Of a stretch of 64,000 bases of DNA, positions 1 through 12,647 are shown piece after piece. The notes under the pieces are model-generated. The model searched no databases. It was not told the DNA's origin and saw only the letters and a program-made list of their open reading frames with translations. Source of the stretch: Eledone cirrhosa (Eukaryota); assembly GCA_964016885.1 (NCBI GenBank), contig OZ024752.1, positions 14,508,001 through 14,572,000 on the forward strand, given 5' to 3'. Position 1 is the first letter of the stretch. Each line of letters opens with the position of its first letter. The translations under genes and the position numbers were made by a program.

Positions 1-1
1 T

Positions 2-1018
2 ATGTTTTTCCACCCAGTATTTAACCGCCTTTATTCCTAAATCATGTGTAATGTTGGTGTAAAGGCTTACCACATCAAAACTGAGTAGAAGTGAATTCGT
101 TTCCGTGGTTTTGGGAAGATGGGACAGGAAGTCGATATCATCCCGGATGAAACTGGGTATGTGAATACATAGTGGTTTCAAAATAATGTCAACAAAATTG
201 CTTAGACGGTGAGTGGGGCATGTTGGACCAGCTATAATAGGTCTAAGTTTTAAGTCTTTTGGGTATAATAATTTAATGTACTCACTGTTTTGTTCTCTTA
301 CTGCCAGTTGTATTTCTTTTGACTTGTGAACTTTCGGTAGGCCATACAGGTTGCTGGATTTCGGCTCAAAATTGGTGATGTAGTCTCTTTCCTTATCAGT
401 AAATGAGTTGTGGTATTTTGAAGCCAGGTTGTTGATCTTCTTCATGATGTTGTGGTCTATATTTGACGGTATTTCATGATAGAATGTTGTGTCTTTCAGT
501 TGTTCCTCAACCAAATCCTTGTAGTATTCAGTATCCATTATAACAACTGCACCCCCTTTATCTACTTGTTTAATTATTATTGTTTTATCATTTTGTATAC
601 GTTTAAGTGCAGACATTTCTGATTTGTTAATGTTTGACCTAACATTAGTATTATGTCTAAGAGGAAATTTAGACAGGATGTCAATGTATTGGTCGAGATA
701 AATATTTCTTCCTTTTGGCGGAGTGAAATTTGATTTATTCTTTACTAGTGATTCATCACTCTCATTATTTTTATCAGCGAAGAATTCTACAAGACGTAAT
801 TTTCGACAGAATTCTTGGGTATCCTCCTTCACTTCTTGGAGGTTGACTGTTGGAGTCGCTGAGACTTTCAGTCCTTTTGACAGAATTTGCATTTCATCAT
901 TGTCAAGATCTCTTTTAGATAAATTAATTATTTTAGGATCTACGTGTACAGCTGTTTTGGGTATGTTTCTTCCTGGAGTTTTTCTTTTTCCGGTTGTTGT
1001 TGTCCTGACGTTTAAAAA
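2..1018 (-). CDS. Penelope-like element reverse transcriptase ORF (ORF2), runs off the left edge
   Basis: Hand translation of the minus strand gives IINLSKRDL..LSKGLK, DKGGAVVIMD, LYGLPKVHK, LRPIIAGPTCPT and FDVVSLYTNI, which are typical PLE RT motifs. The frame is consistent from 1018 to 2. It is missing from the ORF track because there is no stop in the window. Confidence 0.92.
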
Positions 1019-2289
1019 TGAATTTTTCTCTGTTCAGGATTTATATTCCTGTTGGTGTTCGCTTGATGAATTTTTGGTCGTAATATTATATTTGGTTTCG
1101 TTATGTATTTTGTCCTATTTTTGGTATTCTGTATATTATTTTTCTTCCTGTTAGCATTATTTTTAACAATCTGGGAAAATGACCTAGGTTTGCTTTCAGG
1201 TTTAGATCGTTTTTTCGTCCAGTTTCTTGTGGGCAATCTCTGTTGAGATCTTGAGAGTGATCTGGTTATTCTACGTTTTGTTTCCACATTCCTTGTTGGT
1301 AGTCTCTGTTGAGATCTTGAGAATGATCTCCTGGTTTTACTACTTCTCATGGTCTGGTCAAAGGAATACCTATCGTGTTTGTGCTTTTTGTTCATGTTGT
1401 GTGCGATAGGGTGTTTTTGTAGAAAAAGCGATGAGTTATTACCGTAGTTCTTCTTTGATTCAAGGTAAGGTGAGTGTTTGTGTTGGCACGTGTTCTGGCG
1501 TATGTTGTGTTGATGAGATTGTCCACTTTTAATGCTTTTTCTCAGGGTTCCAGAGTCTTTACCGTAATTTGCAGCATATTCATCGAGAAATAATTGTTTC
1601 TGCTGCCATACCTTTCTTGATTTGTTTTCTTCTTTTGAGATATCTCCGATCCATAGTTCTCGTAGTTTTTCAGCTATAATACCAGTCGTTAGCTTTGAAA
1701 TTTCAACTTCAATTTGGTCATCAATAGCTTCATATTTGGCTTTGTAGCGGGATTGTTTACATTCAGAAATGGAGATGTCGGTCCTGAATTTTGTCAATGT
1801 AAGTTCCCATTGGAGTTTTGTTTCTTCTTCTGGTTCTCCTGCAATTTCTGTAATTAGGTATTTACGAGGGAGTATGGGTGCCGTTAGAGAGAGCCATTTC
1901 GAATGTGTTTCGACATATTTTTTGTATCTGTATGCTTTCCAGAAATTTTGTTTTCTTATGTTAAGGAATTTTTTCCATGTCTTCCACATTTCTTTTCTTA
2001 TTCGATGTGTTTTGTTTTCCAAATTTCTTTCGTTTATTTCTGACATCCAAGGGGGTTGTGGTAGGCTTTCTCTTGTATCTTTGATAACTGTTGGTTTAAT
2101 TTCAGCTAAATTCTTAATTTCAGAGTTTATATGTTCAGTTATAAGTTTTCCGTCTGTAGATTGTTTTTCTATTTCCTTTAAAATAGAGGATTGTGTGTCC
2201 ATCATCGTGATAAGTGTTGATAATTTCGATGATATCTCCTTTAGAATTCTTTCTGATTCTGTTGGTTTCATTTGTTGCTTTCCAGACAT
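1012..2289 (-). CDS. PLE ORF1 / N-terminal coiled-coil and basic protein (~425 aa)
   Basis: Long open frame directly upstream of and overlapping the RT frame. The N-terminal half is helical and K/E-rich; the C-terminus is R/S/K-rich with a duplicated SRSQQRLPTRN. ATG at 2289 (the track starts at an upstream GTG). Confidence 0.75.
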   Translation of the reverse strand: MSGKQQMKPTESERILKEISSKLSTLITMMDTQSSILKEIEKQSTDGKLITEHINSEIKNLAEIKPTVIKDTRESLPQPPWMSEINERNLENKTHRIRKEMWKTWKKFLNIRKQNFWKAYRYKKYVETHSKWLSLTAPILPRKYLITEIAGEPEEETKLQWELTLTKFRTDISISECKQSRYKAKYEAIDDQIEVEISKLTTGIIAEKLRELWIGDISKEENKSRKVWQQKQLFLDEYAANYGKDSGTLRKSIKSGQSHQHNIRQNTCQHKHSPYLESKKNYGNNSSLFLQKHPIAHNMNKKHKHDRYSFDQTMRSSKTRRSFSRSQQRLPTRNVETKRRITRSLSRSQQRLPTRNWTKKRSKPESKPRSFSQIVKNNANRKKNNIQNTKNRTKYITKPNIILRPKIHQANTNRNINPEQRKIHF

Positions 2290-2336
2290 GTTGGCATACA
2301 CACAATAGGAATATATATATATAGATATAGAAAGTT

Positions 2337-2913
2337 AAATATACACGGGTGTGTATGATTGTGTATAGAAGATTATATTAATAAGAGGAATTCCAACTTT
2401 GTCTGATTTACTCGTTTTATTTACAATCCTTTAAAATATATATAATACAGTATTATAATGAAATAGTATGATAGAATATTAAATTCTAAGTGTTAATTGA
2501 ACAAGTACTTTCATGCTTTCGCAATCTTCATTAAAAATAATGAGAGTGATGAATCACTAGTAAAGAATAAATCAAATTTCACTCCGCCAAAAGGAAGAAA
2601 TATTTATCTCGACCAATACATTGACATCCTGTCTAAATTTCCTCTTAGACATAATACTAATGTTAGGCCAAACATTAACAAATCAGAAATGTCTCGACTG
2701 TCACCACATATCATGAACCTGAAGATTGCGAAAGCATGAAAGTACTTGTTCAATTAACACTTAGAATTTAATATTCTATCATACTATTTCATTATAATAC
2801 CGTATTATATATATTTTAAAGGATTGTAAATAAAACGAGTAAATCCGACAAAGTTGGAATTCCTCTTATTAATATAATCTTCTATACACAATCATACACA
2901 CCCGTGTATATTT
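2337..2913. repeat. Inverted pLTR pair at the 5' end of the PLE (arms 2337-2530 and 2720-2913), enclosing an inverted copy of RT sequence
   Basis: The arms are near-perfect reverse complements. The spacer ~2533-2693 is the reverse complement of ~612-772. Confidence 0.9.
2714..2752 (+). ncRNA. Minimal type I hammerhead ribozyme in PLE pLTR
   Basis: tgaac CTGAAGA t-tgc-gaaa-gca-t GAAA gtac TT gttca. Stem I is tgaac/gttca, stem II has a GNRA loop, and stem III is palindromic (AGUACU). Confidence 0.8.
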
Positions 2914-3355
2914 ACCTATCTATATCTATATATATATATATATATATATACACATTCAACAGAGAGTAAAGAGTTTGACAACAGGTCGATGACTTTCGTC
3001 TAGATAGGGTAATGACATGTGATGGTGGGGAGAGAGTGTAGAAGTTATTGTGGTGGCGGGGCACAGTGCGATGTATCTAGTTCATTTGACCGTTTTCTTC
3101 TCTTTGCAAAATTTGAATTTTAGCCATGTTATATTGAGATGTAAGTAAATGTAAAATGAAAATATAAATAAGGATTGCTCTGCTAAAATCTACTAAAATA
3201 TTTGTGTAACTTCCACAAACTTCTGTCGTGACATTCCCGAGTCCAGTGACCAACAAATTGTTGTATTTTGATGTTTCAGAATACAAAAATTAATTAAAAA
3301 CTTACCCCACGAAAAGACAGCGTGTGTTGTCCTATCTATAAGCTCCCTCATGTAT

Positions 3356-3960
3356 ATATGGTGGCTGCCAACTCGTTTTCGAGTACGGCCACTACTTTAT
3401 ATCCATGTAGGAGAACTCCCACCGATCCGCTGAACAAGTGACCTTTTAGTCCAGCCAGCGACTTGAAAACTCTGGTACAAACACTAAATTTGTGACAATT
3501 ATTGACACATAGTGCTGGGCCCATGGGACCATGTGACGACAAGTGCAGAGAGATCTCCAGATATAAAGCAATGCCTGTGCCATGAAGCTTTTATAGTGAG
3601 CAAAGGCACTGCACAAAGCCAGTCCCACTCTCTTAACCAAGATGATATTTAACAAAAAGAAGAACATGTCAACATCATTGGATACCATCAGGGTTGCAGG
3701 TGTTATATCAGAGTTTTCCTTCTCCTAGAATTCTGCCTTGACAAAGGCTAAGGGGTCATCTCTCCCGGTGATTTTGGATGGCTATTGACTCTTTAAGAGC
3801 TCCTTTGCCCTTTGGCAGGTTTTGTTTTTAGTCCTGCAGGATGTCCAAAGTCACCCTCCTCACCAAGAAACCTTGGTGGTGTTGCCAGTTTAGTCGCCAA
3901 CGACCCGACCATGAGACAGGTTGTACTGGGATACATGTTACCAGTAGCACCAACTGGGAT
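3356..3960 (-). mobile_element. Non-autonomous RTE-derived bipartite retroelement, copy 1
   Basis: The minus strand has an RTE-5'UTR-like motif (ggagaaggaaaactctg) joined to a 3' end encoding a C2H2-like CxxC..LKxH remnant. It is directly repeated at 4227-4656. Confidence 0.55.
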
Positions 3961-4226
3961 ACATACATATACATTCATACATACATACATCCATACATAC
4001 ATACATACATACATACATACATACATACATACATACATACATACATACATACACACGATGGCTGCAAACTCTGCTAAGAGTGTTGCAATCACTTGTCAGA
4101 TTATAGAGTTTGGTGCACTTTTAGGCTACGGCCAGGATTTTTACATGAACAGGAACCAGAACAAGAACCTGGTAACATGTTATACATACATACATACATA
4201 CATCATATACACATACATATACATAC

Positions 4227-4656
4227 ATATGGTGGCTGCCAACTCGTTTTCGAGTACGGCCACTACTTTATATCCACGATGCGCTGAACGAGTGTGACGT
4301 TTTAGTCCAGCCAGCGACTTGAAAACTCTGGTACAAACACTACACTTGTGACAATTATTGACACATGTTGCTGGGCCCATGGTACCATGTGACGACAAGT
4401 GCAGAGAGATCTCCAGATATAAAGTAATGCCTGTGCCGTGAAGCTTTTATAGTGAGCAAAGCCAGTCCCACTCTCTTAACCAAGATGATATTTACCAAAA
4501 AGAAGAACAAGTCAACATCATTGGATACCATCAGGGTTGCAGGTGTTATATCAGAGTTTTCCTTCTCCTAGAATTCTGCCTTGACAAAGGCTAAGGGGTC
4601 ATCTCTCCCGGTGATTTTGGATGGCCATTGACTCTTAAGAGATCCTTTGCCCTTTG
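4227..4656 (-). mobile_element. Same RTE-derived element, copy 2 (5'-truncated), with (TATG)n tail
   Basis: Direct repeat of 3356-3814. It encodes CSVCTRVFKSLAGLKRHTRSAH and has a (CATA)n tract on the + strand at its 3' end. Confidence 0.55.
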
Positions 4657-4862
4657 ACATATACATACATACATACATCATATATACATACATATACATA
4701 CATACATACATATACATACATATACATACATACATACATCATATGTACATACATACATACATACATACATATACATATATATATACACACACACATATAT
4801 ATATATACATATATATACATATATATATACACATATATATTTATATATATATATTTATTATT

Positions 4863-4897
<35 letters not shown>

Positions 4898-5050
4898 GAT
4901 GGCTGTCCCCTCGTTATGGCGTATGGCCATTGCACGAGAAGAAAAAAAAAAAAAATAAAATAAATAAAATAAAATAATAATAATAATAATAATAATAATA
5001 GCAATAATAATGATAACGACAACAATATATATATATATACATATATCTAT

Positions 5051-5104
<54 letters not shown>

Positions 5105-5134
5105 TTATTATTTATATATATATATTTATGAATA

Positions 5135-5171
<37 letters not shown>

Positions 5172-5190
5172 ATATTTATATTTATTTATT

Positions 5191-5227
<37 letters not shown>

Positions 5228-5398
5228 TTATGAATAAATGTATATATATATTTATGAATAAATGTATATATATATTTATGATTAAATGTATATATATATT
5301 TATGAATAAATACATATATATATATATATATATGAATAAATATATAAATATATATATATATATATATTTATTCATAAATATATATATATATATATATG
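4657..5398. repeat. Compound (CATA)n/(TA)n/(AAT)n microsatellites
   Basis: Direct inspection. Confidence 0.95.
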
Positions 5399-5742
5399 GA
5401 AAGTTATATTTACAATTGTTGGGTTACAACTAGTAAATATTTATAACTGATATAAAAGCACTCGACAAATATTTGGAGTATATTTACAATATTAAATAAA
5501 TGGAAACTATATTTATAAAACCATATTTATTTCATTATATATATTTCGGGGATATCATATTAACAATATGCTATGCCTTCCTCAGACAAAATACAATATA
5601 AACAGTTTTATAGATAAATATATTCGACATACCTTAATAACACCGACTTGCATTTGGAGAGGTTAAAACAGGCAGTGAAAAAATTTTACACAGAGAGAAA
5701 GAGAGATTATTTTTCAAAGCTAAATTATTTTTTTTCAAAGCT

Positions 5743-6357
5743 AAATTATTTTTCAAAGCTCTTGATAATCGCTTCCCTAGAACACATAGGTATCACTCTA
5801 TTTTCAATAGGCATACAATTAAATTAACCTACTCATCCACCAAAAATTTAGCACAAAATATTAATAGAATAAATAATAGGAACTTAAAACCTAGTGATAA
5901 TAGCATAAATAATATACAAGTTAACAAATGTAACTGTAGAGATAGATCTAAATGTCCGTTAAATAACAACTGCTTAGTTAAAAATATAGTATACAATTGT
6001 AATGTTAATACTGACTCTAATTCTTTTAACTACGTCGGTTCCACATCGACGGAATTTAAACTTCGCTATAATAACCACAAGAATTCTTTCACAGATCCAA
6101 GTAAAAAATTTTCAACGGCACTATCAGGCGTACTCTGGCAACTTAAGCTAGATAACGTTAGATATTCGACGGCTTGGAATATAGTCTCAAGAGGGATTCC
6201 TTTTAATTCATCCTCTGAGACATGTGACCTCTGCGCAGAGGAGATATTCTTTATACTAAAATCTAAAAATTCCCTTAATCTACGGACAAATTTATTCAGT
6301 TGTTGCAAACATAGATTAAACTCAACGTTTAAATATAAATTTAAATTTAAAATGTAG
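5743..6357 (+). pseudogene. PLE linker + GIY-YIG endonuclease fragment
   Basis: Open frame without ATG: CNCRDRSKCPLNNNCLVKNIVYNC..YVGSTSTEFKLRYNNHK..CDLCAEE..SCCKH..*. It is homologous to the C-terminal part of the ORF at 62047-63999. Confidence 0.88.
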
Positions 6358-7754
6358 TATATTTAGTTTGATTTATGTTTATATGGGAAACTAGCCGATA
6401 CATTTTTGATTCCTTAAATTTTTGATTCCTTCTTTTTATTCTTTTTTTATTGTTTATTTATTTTTATTTTATTTTTATTTAAACATTCCTCATGAAAAAT
6501 TAAGCTACCCTAAAAGCTGATGCTCCAAATATTTTGAATAAACCTTACACTAGATAAACTTCTATATTAAATATAAGAACACATGTAGACCAATTCGGAC
6601 ATCATAAACTTTTTGAAATGATCTTTGCTAGATGTGATTTGATAGATAATTTTTTAACTTTGTCTTATAATGAACTTGGCAATATATTGTCAATTAATTT
6701 TGAAGGGTTGATCTTTGTGGTTTATTTTTATTTTTATTTTTTATTTATTTTTTATTATTGTAGTATTTTATAATATTTTTTAATATCTTTAATATGTAAA
6801 AAAATTTTAATACGTAATATATTTTTTAATATGTAATATTTTTAATATGTAATATTCTTTCGTAATTATTTTTTAGTTTTCTATTTTATTATTACTTATT
6901 ATTATTATTATTGTTATCTTTTTATTTTTTTAGTTTTGCTTTCTGATATATATTTTTTATTAGTATATTGAAATCTGCTCTCTATTTCTGCTTGATAGAT
7001 AATCTTGTAGAGTAAAGACAGGAATAATAATACACATATATGTATACTCAAATTTTTATACCACATTTTTTATACCACATTGAGAATGTTTTCTGTGAAC
7101 TTGGAGTTTGCAGAGTTGATCATGTGGATATTTGTAGATATCACATAAACATATGAATTTTTTTAAAAAACTAAACATAAGATAATTAATTTTCACACAC
7201 TATGGATACTTGTCTCATTCAGGAATACTGATATTTACAATATAGTGGAAGTTTTATAAATACTAATACATTAAAACATAGGGTTTTTACGCCTCGATTA
7301 TATCTGGCTATTTTTAAATTTTTTCTCTCGCTATTTTTTCTCTCTCTATATTTTTTTCTCTCTATATATATCTCCCTTACATTAATACTTGAGCTAAATA
7401 AATAAATAAATAAATAAATGTATCATTGATACATTTACTGAACTGACCTCCCATTACCTAATTTTCTATATATTATGTATCTATCTCTATTTCCTCTCTC
7501 TCTCTATATATATATATATCTCTTTCTGTTTCTTTACATGAAGTTCTTCTCTCTATCTATCTTTCCATCTCTCTATTTTGTTCCATGCATTTCTTCTTTT
7601 TCTTCCTTTTCTTCGTTTTCTGTCTTTCTTTCTTTTTTCTCTCTCTCTTTCTCTCTGTGTAAAATTTTTTCACTGCCTGTTTTAACCTCTCCAAATGCAA
7701 GTCGGTGTTATTAAGGTATGTCGAATATATTTATCTATAAAACTGTTTATATTG

Positions 7755-7820
7755 TATTTTGTCTGAGGAAGTCATAGCATATTGTTAATATGATATCCCC
7801 GAAATATATATAATGAAATA
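7755..7820 (+). ncRNA. Type I hammerhead ribozyme in PLE 3' pLTR (inverted copy at 5528-5593, minus strand)
   Basis: tattttgt CTGAGGA [stem II with catatt/aatatg] GAAA tatata TA atgaaata. Stem I has 8 bp including G-U pairs; stem III is palindromic. Confidence 0.72.
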
Positions 7821-7886
7821 AATATGGTTTTATAAATATAGTTTCCATTTATTTAATATTGTATATATATATATATATATATATGA

Positions 7887-7924
<38 letters not shown>

Positions 7925-8033
7925 TTATTCACAAATATATATATATATATATTTGTGAATAAATATATATATATATATACATATTTATTTATATATATAT
8001 ATATATATTTATTCACAAATATATATATATATA

Positions 8034-8082
<49 letters not shown>

Positions 8083-8139
8083 TCACAAATATATATATAT
8101 ATATTTATTCACAAATATATATATATATATATATTTATT

Positions 8140-8176
<37 letters not shown>

Positions 8177-8177
<1 letters not shown>

Positions 8178-11100
8178 TAAATGAAATTGCTGAAAAAACA
8201 GCCCAAACATTTACGACGAGATCTGCTAAGCAGATACACAACAAACTAAAACACGTCGAAGTCTCTTTCAAACTAATTCAAAACCATTTTGAAAAACTTC
8301 AACATATTTACTCTAATTGACAAACACAACAACAAGAACAACAACAACAACAACAACAACAGCCACAACAACAGCAACAGCCAATAAGCCATGACCAACC
8401 ACTACTGAATTCAAGCATAATCGCTGAACTACTAAATGAAAGTATCACTCAGCCACTCACTCAGCCATCATTATCGCCATCACCATCACCACCATCACCA
8501 TCTCCTGCCACACCTACACCCTCTGCCACACAAACTGCTAGTAATGGACTACTGCTCTCTCTCCCACCACAGTTGTCATCATCATCATCATCACCACCAA
8601 TGCTTTCTTCTCACACTACTCCAGCCAGCCATGCCATAGTCAAAAGAACTATAACAAAAAGAGTTCTCTGGAGCTGTATGCACCTCCCACTACACATACT
8701 AGAAACCCCCAATTATGCCGCTACTCACTACGTCAGAGGCTATGCACACGTAGCGACTGCATATTTACCCATTTACCGGGTACTAGGCGCACTAACACTG
8801 CCAGCCATCACCAAAGCACGCTGCCTTCACGTCTAGGTCGCAGTCCCAAAATCTGCCATCATTCCCAACGTGAGAGGCTATGTCTGCTGACTGACTGTCC
8901 CTTCACTCATCTTCCTGGGACACAACGCACGAACAGAAAAGGGGCTTCATGCCAACCCACAAACCACAATAAAGCCACCCCCTGCTGCGGTAATACTGCT
9001 CCAGTCTCCTCACAAAGACATGATTACAACAACAAAAGTAATGCTGCTCCAGTCTTGTCACAAAGACACGATCACAACAACAACAAATACAACAACAACA
9101 AAAATAACGCTGCTCCAGTCTTTTCACAAAGACACAATTACAATAAATACAACAACAACAACAACAAAAGAGGGAACTGCAACCCTATCCAATGCTGTAA
9201 CCACAAATCTAATGAAAAACTGCTCCCTGAACAAAAAAAAAATCCCCTGTAACAATCAAAACCAGCCACCACACTAGCCTCCACATTCTTACTCAGTACA
9301 CAAGGTATCAGCCCATCCATCAATGCACAGAAATGGAAGATCCAATTCATTGAGGATTGGGTTGGTAACCATCCATTTCACATCCCCTTCTTCATTCTTA
9401 CTGAGACCCACCTTGACAACTCCCACTTGGAGGCCGAAGTAAGAGTGAGCAATTTCACAACCATCCGTGCAGATCGTGTTGGCAGAAGAAAGGGTGGAAC
9501 TGCCATTTTCCTGCATGATTCCTTTACGGCAGATGGCAACACAACATTCTCTAATGGATACTGTGAATCAATCACAGTGCACAATAAAGCCAATGACCTG
9601 ACATTAGTTGGGCTCTATAGGCCGCCACAAACACCCATAATCTGTTTCATAGAATCCTCAACAGTATTAAATGCTTTATCAAACAGTGCCATTCTAGCAA
9701 CATACTTTTGATGGGAGACTTTAATCTACCCAGTGTCGATTGGTCTACATGTAGTTTGAAACCAGGCTCCACAGCCTCAACCACTGACAAAGAGGCTGTC
9801 GAGTCACTTCTTGACTTCATGAATGAGTTTTTCTTGTCACAACTTGTCCTTGCACCAACGAGGCATCAGAAGAACATTCTGGATCTAGTGTTTAGTAACC
9901 ACACTAACACTAACATAATATTACAGTGGAAAAAACCCTTCTCTCAGACCATGACATGGTTCTTTGTAACCTGAGATTCCACCAGCCGAAAGCTAATCCC
10001 AAGGTCCTCTCTCCAGCCCACCCATTTGATAACATGGATGCAATTATGAACGAACTATCACATGTCGCCTAGTCTTTTACACACGCACACACTTCCACCA
10101 ACATCAAAACATCTTGGCAGATCTTTGTAGACACTGTCACAAATATATGTACAAAACACACACCACCAAAACCTGTGAACAAGACCAAGTGCAGTATCCC
10201 CCAAAACAGAAAAACAATTATCCGAAAAATAAAAAGAACAAACAAAAAAATGAACACACTAAAATACTGCCAACAGCAACACACAGATTCGATGGCTATC
10301 GCCCTGCTTGAGAAAAAAAAATATAACCTCCAGCAATACATGATGACCATCATCAATAACCAGAGAATAGCTGAAGATAGGTGGGCCATTGAGAAAATAA
10401 AACTCAACCCCAAAGTGTTCTTCTCATTCGCTAAAAAAACACAAGGTCACCGTCTCCACTGTTGGCCTCATAGTTGATGAAAATGGCACACTCCAGGACA
10501 ATGCCAACACCATGGGCGAGATAATGCAGACACAATACTGCTCTGTTTTCAGCAATCCTGATATGGCCGATCTGGGCCGTATCAGTGATATAAACCCCCC
10601 AACACACTATATCAGACATAACGTTTGGCGTCCCTGATGTCTTAGCGGCAATAAACGAAATTAAACACAATTCAGCAGTAGGCCCCGACAGGTTCCCTGC
10701 TTGTGTCCTGAAGGTGTGTCGACACCAACTTGCATCTCCTCTTGCTAATCTGTGGAGGAACTCACTGGACACTGGCTATATATATTCCTGAAAACTTTCT
10801 GTTCCAGTCCGTTGTCCCATTCTTCAAAAAGGGAAATAAGTCCCTTGCAGTGAACTACCGTCCGATCTCACTCGCCTCTCATATTATCAAGGTATTTGAG
10901 AGGGTGGTGAGATCACGAATAACCCACTTTCTTGAAAGCAACGGCCTGCTGAACTCCAACCAACATGGGTTCCGTAATGGAAGGGACTGCCTAACGCAGC
11001 TCCTGCATCACTTTGACAATGTTCTGAGAGCCTTGGGAGAGGGCTCCAACACTGATGTCATCTACCTTGATTTCAGCAAGGCCTTCGACAGGGTTGATCA

Positions 11101-12228
11101 TAAGATTCTACTGAAAAAACTATCCAATGTTGGTGTCTCTGGAAGGTTACTACAGTGGATCAAATGTTTCCTGACAGGCAGAACCTAGCATGTTGTAGTT
11201 GAAGGAGTAAAATCAATCCCTGCCAATGTCAGCAGTGACGTCCCACAAGGCACTGTGTTGGGCCCACTTCTTTTCATCATCTACATTAATGACATTACTG
11301 ACATCATCAAACACAGTAACATCAGAATCTTCGCAGATGATTCCAAGCTCCAAAGGGTCATTAATGAGGTGGGTGACCGGACTTGCCTTCAGTCAGACCT
11401 AGTTGCTGTTATCCAATGGGCAGAGATGAATAATATGCTGTTGAATGAGGATAAATTTGAACTAATCCACTTTGGAAAAAAGGATGCTCTGAAACTACCA
11501 TACTCTCTTCCTTCGGGTGAAACCCTGGTGGCTTCCAATAACATCAGAGACCTGGGAGTAATTGTGGACAACAATATAAGCTGGGCCACTCATATAAACA
11601 GCAAAGTTGATATGGCCCGCAGAATGTGTTCCTGGATTCTCAGAACTTTCCAGTCGAGAGATAGCCACACTGTTGTCCTTCTCTTCTCCACTTTTGCCCG
11701 ACCCCATCTTGAATACTGTTGTCCACTGTGGTCACCCCACACGAAACAAAGTACCATGAAAGTTGGAGCACCCAAAGGTCAATTACAAAAAAAGATAGTT
11801 GGCATGACAGACCTTGACTATTGGGGTCGATTAGAAAAGCTCAAACTCTATTCTCTTCAACGTCGCCGTGAGCGCTACATTATCTGTATGATGTGGAAAA
11901 TATTCCATCAGCTTAGCCAAAAATCCCACTCGCATCACATAACAACAATACGGCACAATTATTTCACCTCAATTGGCCCTGCACTCTTTAACATTACACC
12001 AAAACACATCAAAGCAGAGACAGACCCCATCAAGTTCAAGAAGTCTTTGGATAAATTCCTTCAAGAAATCCCGGATAAGCCTCCTACACCCGGATATGCC
12101 TCCGTAAACAATAACTCTCTGCTCGAGTGGGCCATGGTGCCCAAACACTGATTTGTAAGACTTCGCCAGGTGGTGCTGTTAAGTTAGACATGGCCTGGGC
12201 CAATACTGGCCGAAACCTATCAAAGTTA
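8177..12228 (+). mobile_element. Decayed CR1/L2-group LINE (APE endonuclease + RT) with frameshifts and stops
   Basis: APE motifs (LTETHL, RADR..RKGGG, GLYRPP, GDFNLPSVDW, PTR..NILDLVF) at ~9380-9960. RT motifs (YRPISL, QHGFR, YLDFSKAFD, PQGTVLGPLLF, FADD, EYCCPLWSP, LQRRRER) at ~10670-12151. It ends in (TA)n. Confidence 0.9.
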
Positions 12229-12236
12229 TATATGTG

Positions 12237-12280
<44 letters not shown>

Positions 12281-12647
12281 AAGGAGGAAGTTATAGTCAC
12301 TTGAAGCATTGTGTAATGGGGTATAAACGTTTGTATATGTATAAAAAGCCAAAACAATGCAGGTATGAACATAGAATAAAGAATGCATTCCTGTCAGCAT
12401 GACTTGTCCAACTATTTAGAACACTGGTTTAACCGCTTTCCTCCGCTTTCCTTCCCCCCGAAGAAGAGATATTATCTCGAAAATTAAGGACATTTAAATA
12501 AATCTAAGGTAAAAGACTGATTGTCAACAATATCTTTTGCATCTGCATTCTTTATTCTATGTCCATACCTGCATTGTTTTGGCTTTATTATACATATACA
12601 AACGTTTATATATATTTATATTTATTTATGTATATATAATTTTTAAA

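Larger units (their letters stand above)
5485..7863 (+). mobile_element. 5'-truncated Naiad-like Penelope element with inverted pLTR (arms 5485-5706 and 7642-7863)
   Basis: GIY-YIG C-terminal fragment, ~1.4 kb AT-rich 3' UTR and 222-bp inverted terminal copies containing an HHR, flanked by TA microsatellite on both sides. Confidence 0.85.

Noticed and set aside
2984-3091. Minus-strand HHR-like motif (ggtc..ctaga/tctag..GAAA gtca TC gacc)
   Set aside because: The CUGANGA core is replaced by aaatga; at best a decayed ribozyme.
3880-3960. HDV-like ribozyme at the 5' end of the RTE-derived element
   Set aside because: Hairpins are present, but I could not build the nested double pseudoknot by eye.
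12325-12608. ~65-bp inverted repeat after the LINE tail as an HHR element
   Set aside because: The inverted repeat is real, but only a degenerate ttgaagc..taaacgtt motif is present, so an HHR is not supportable.
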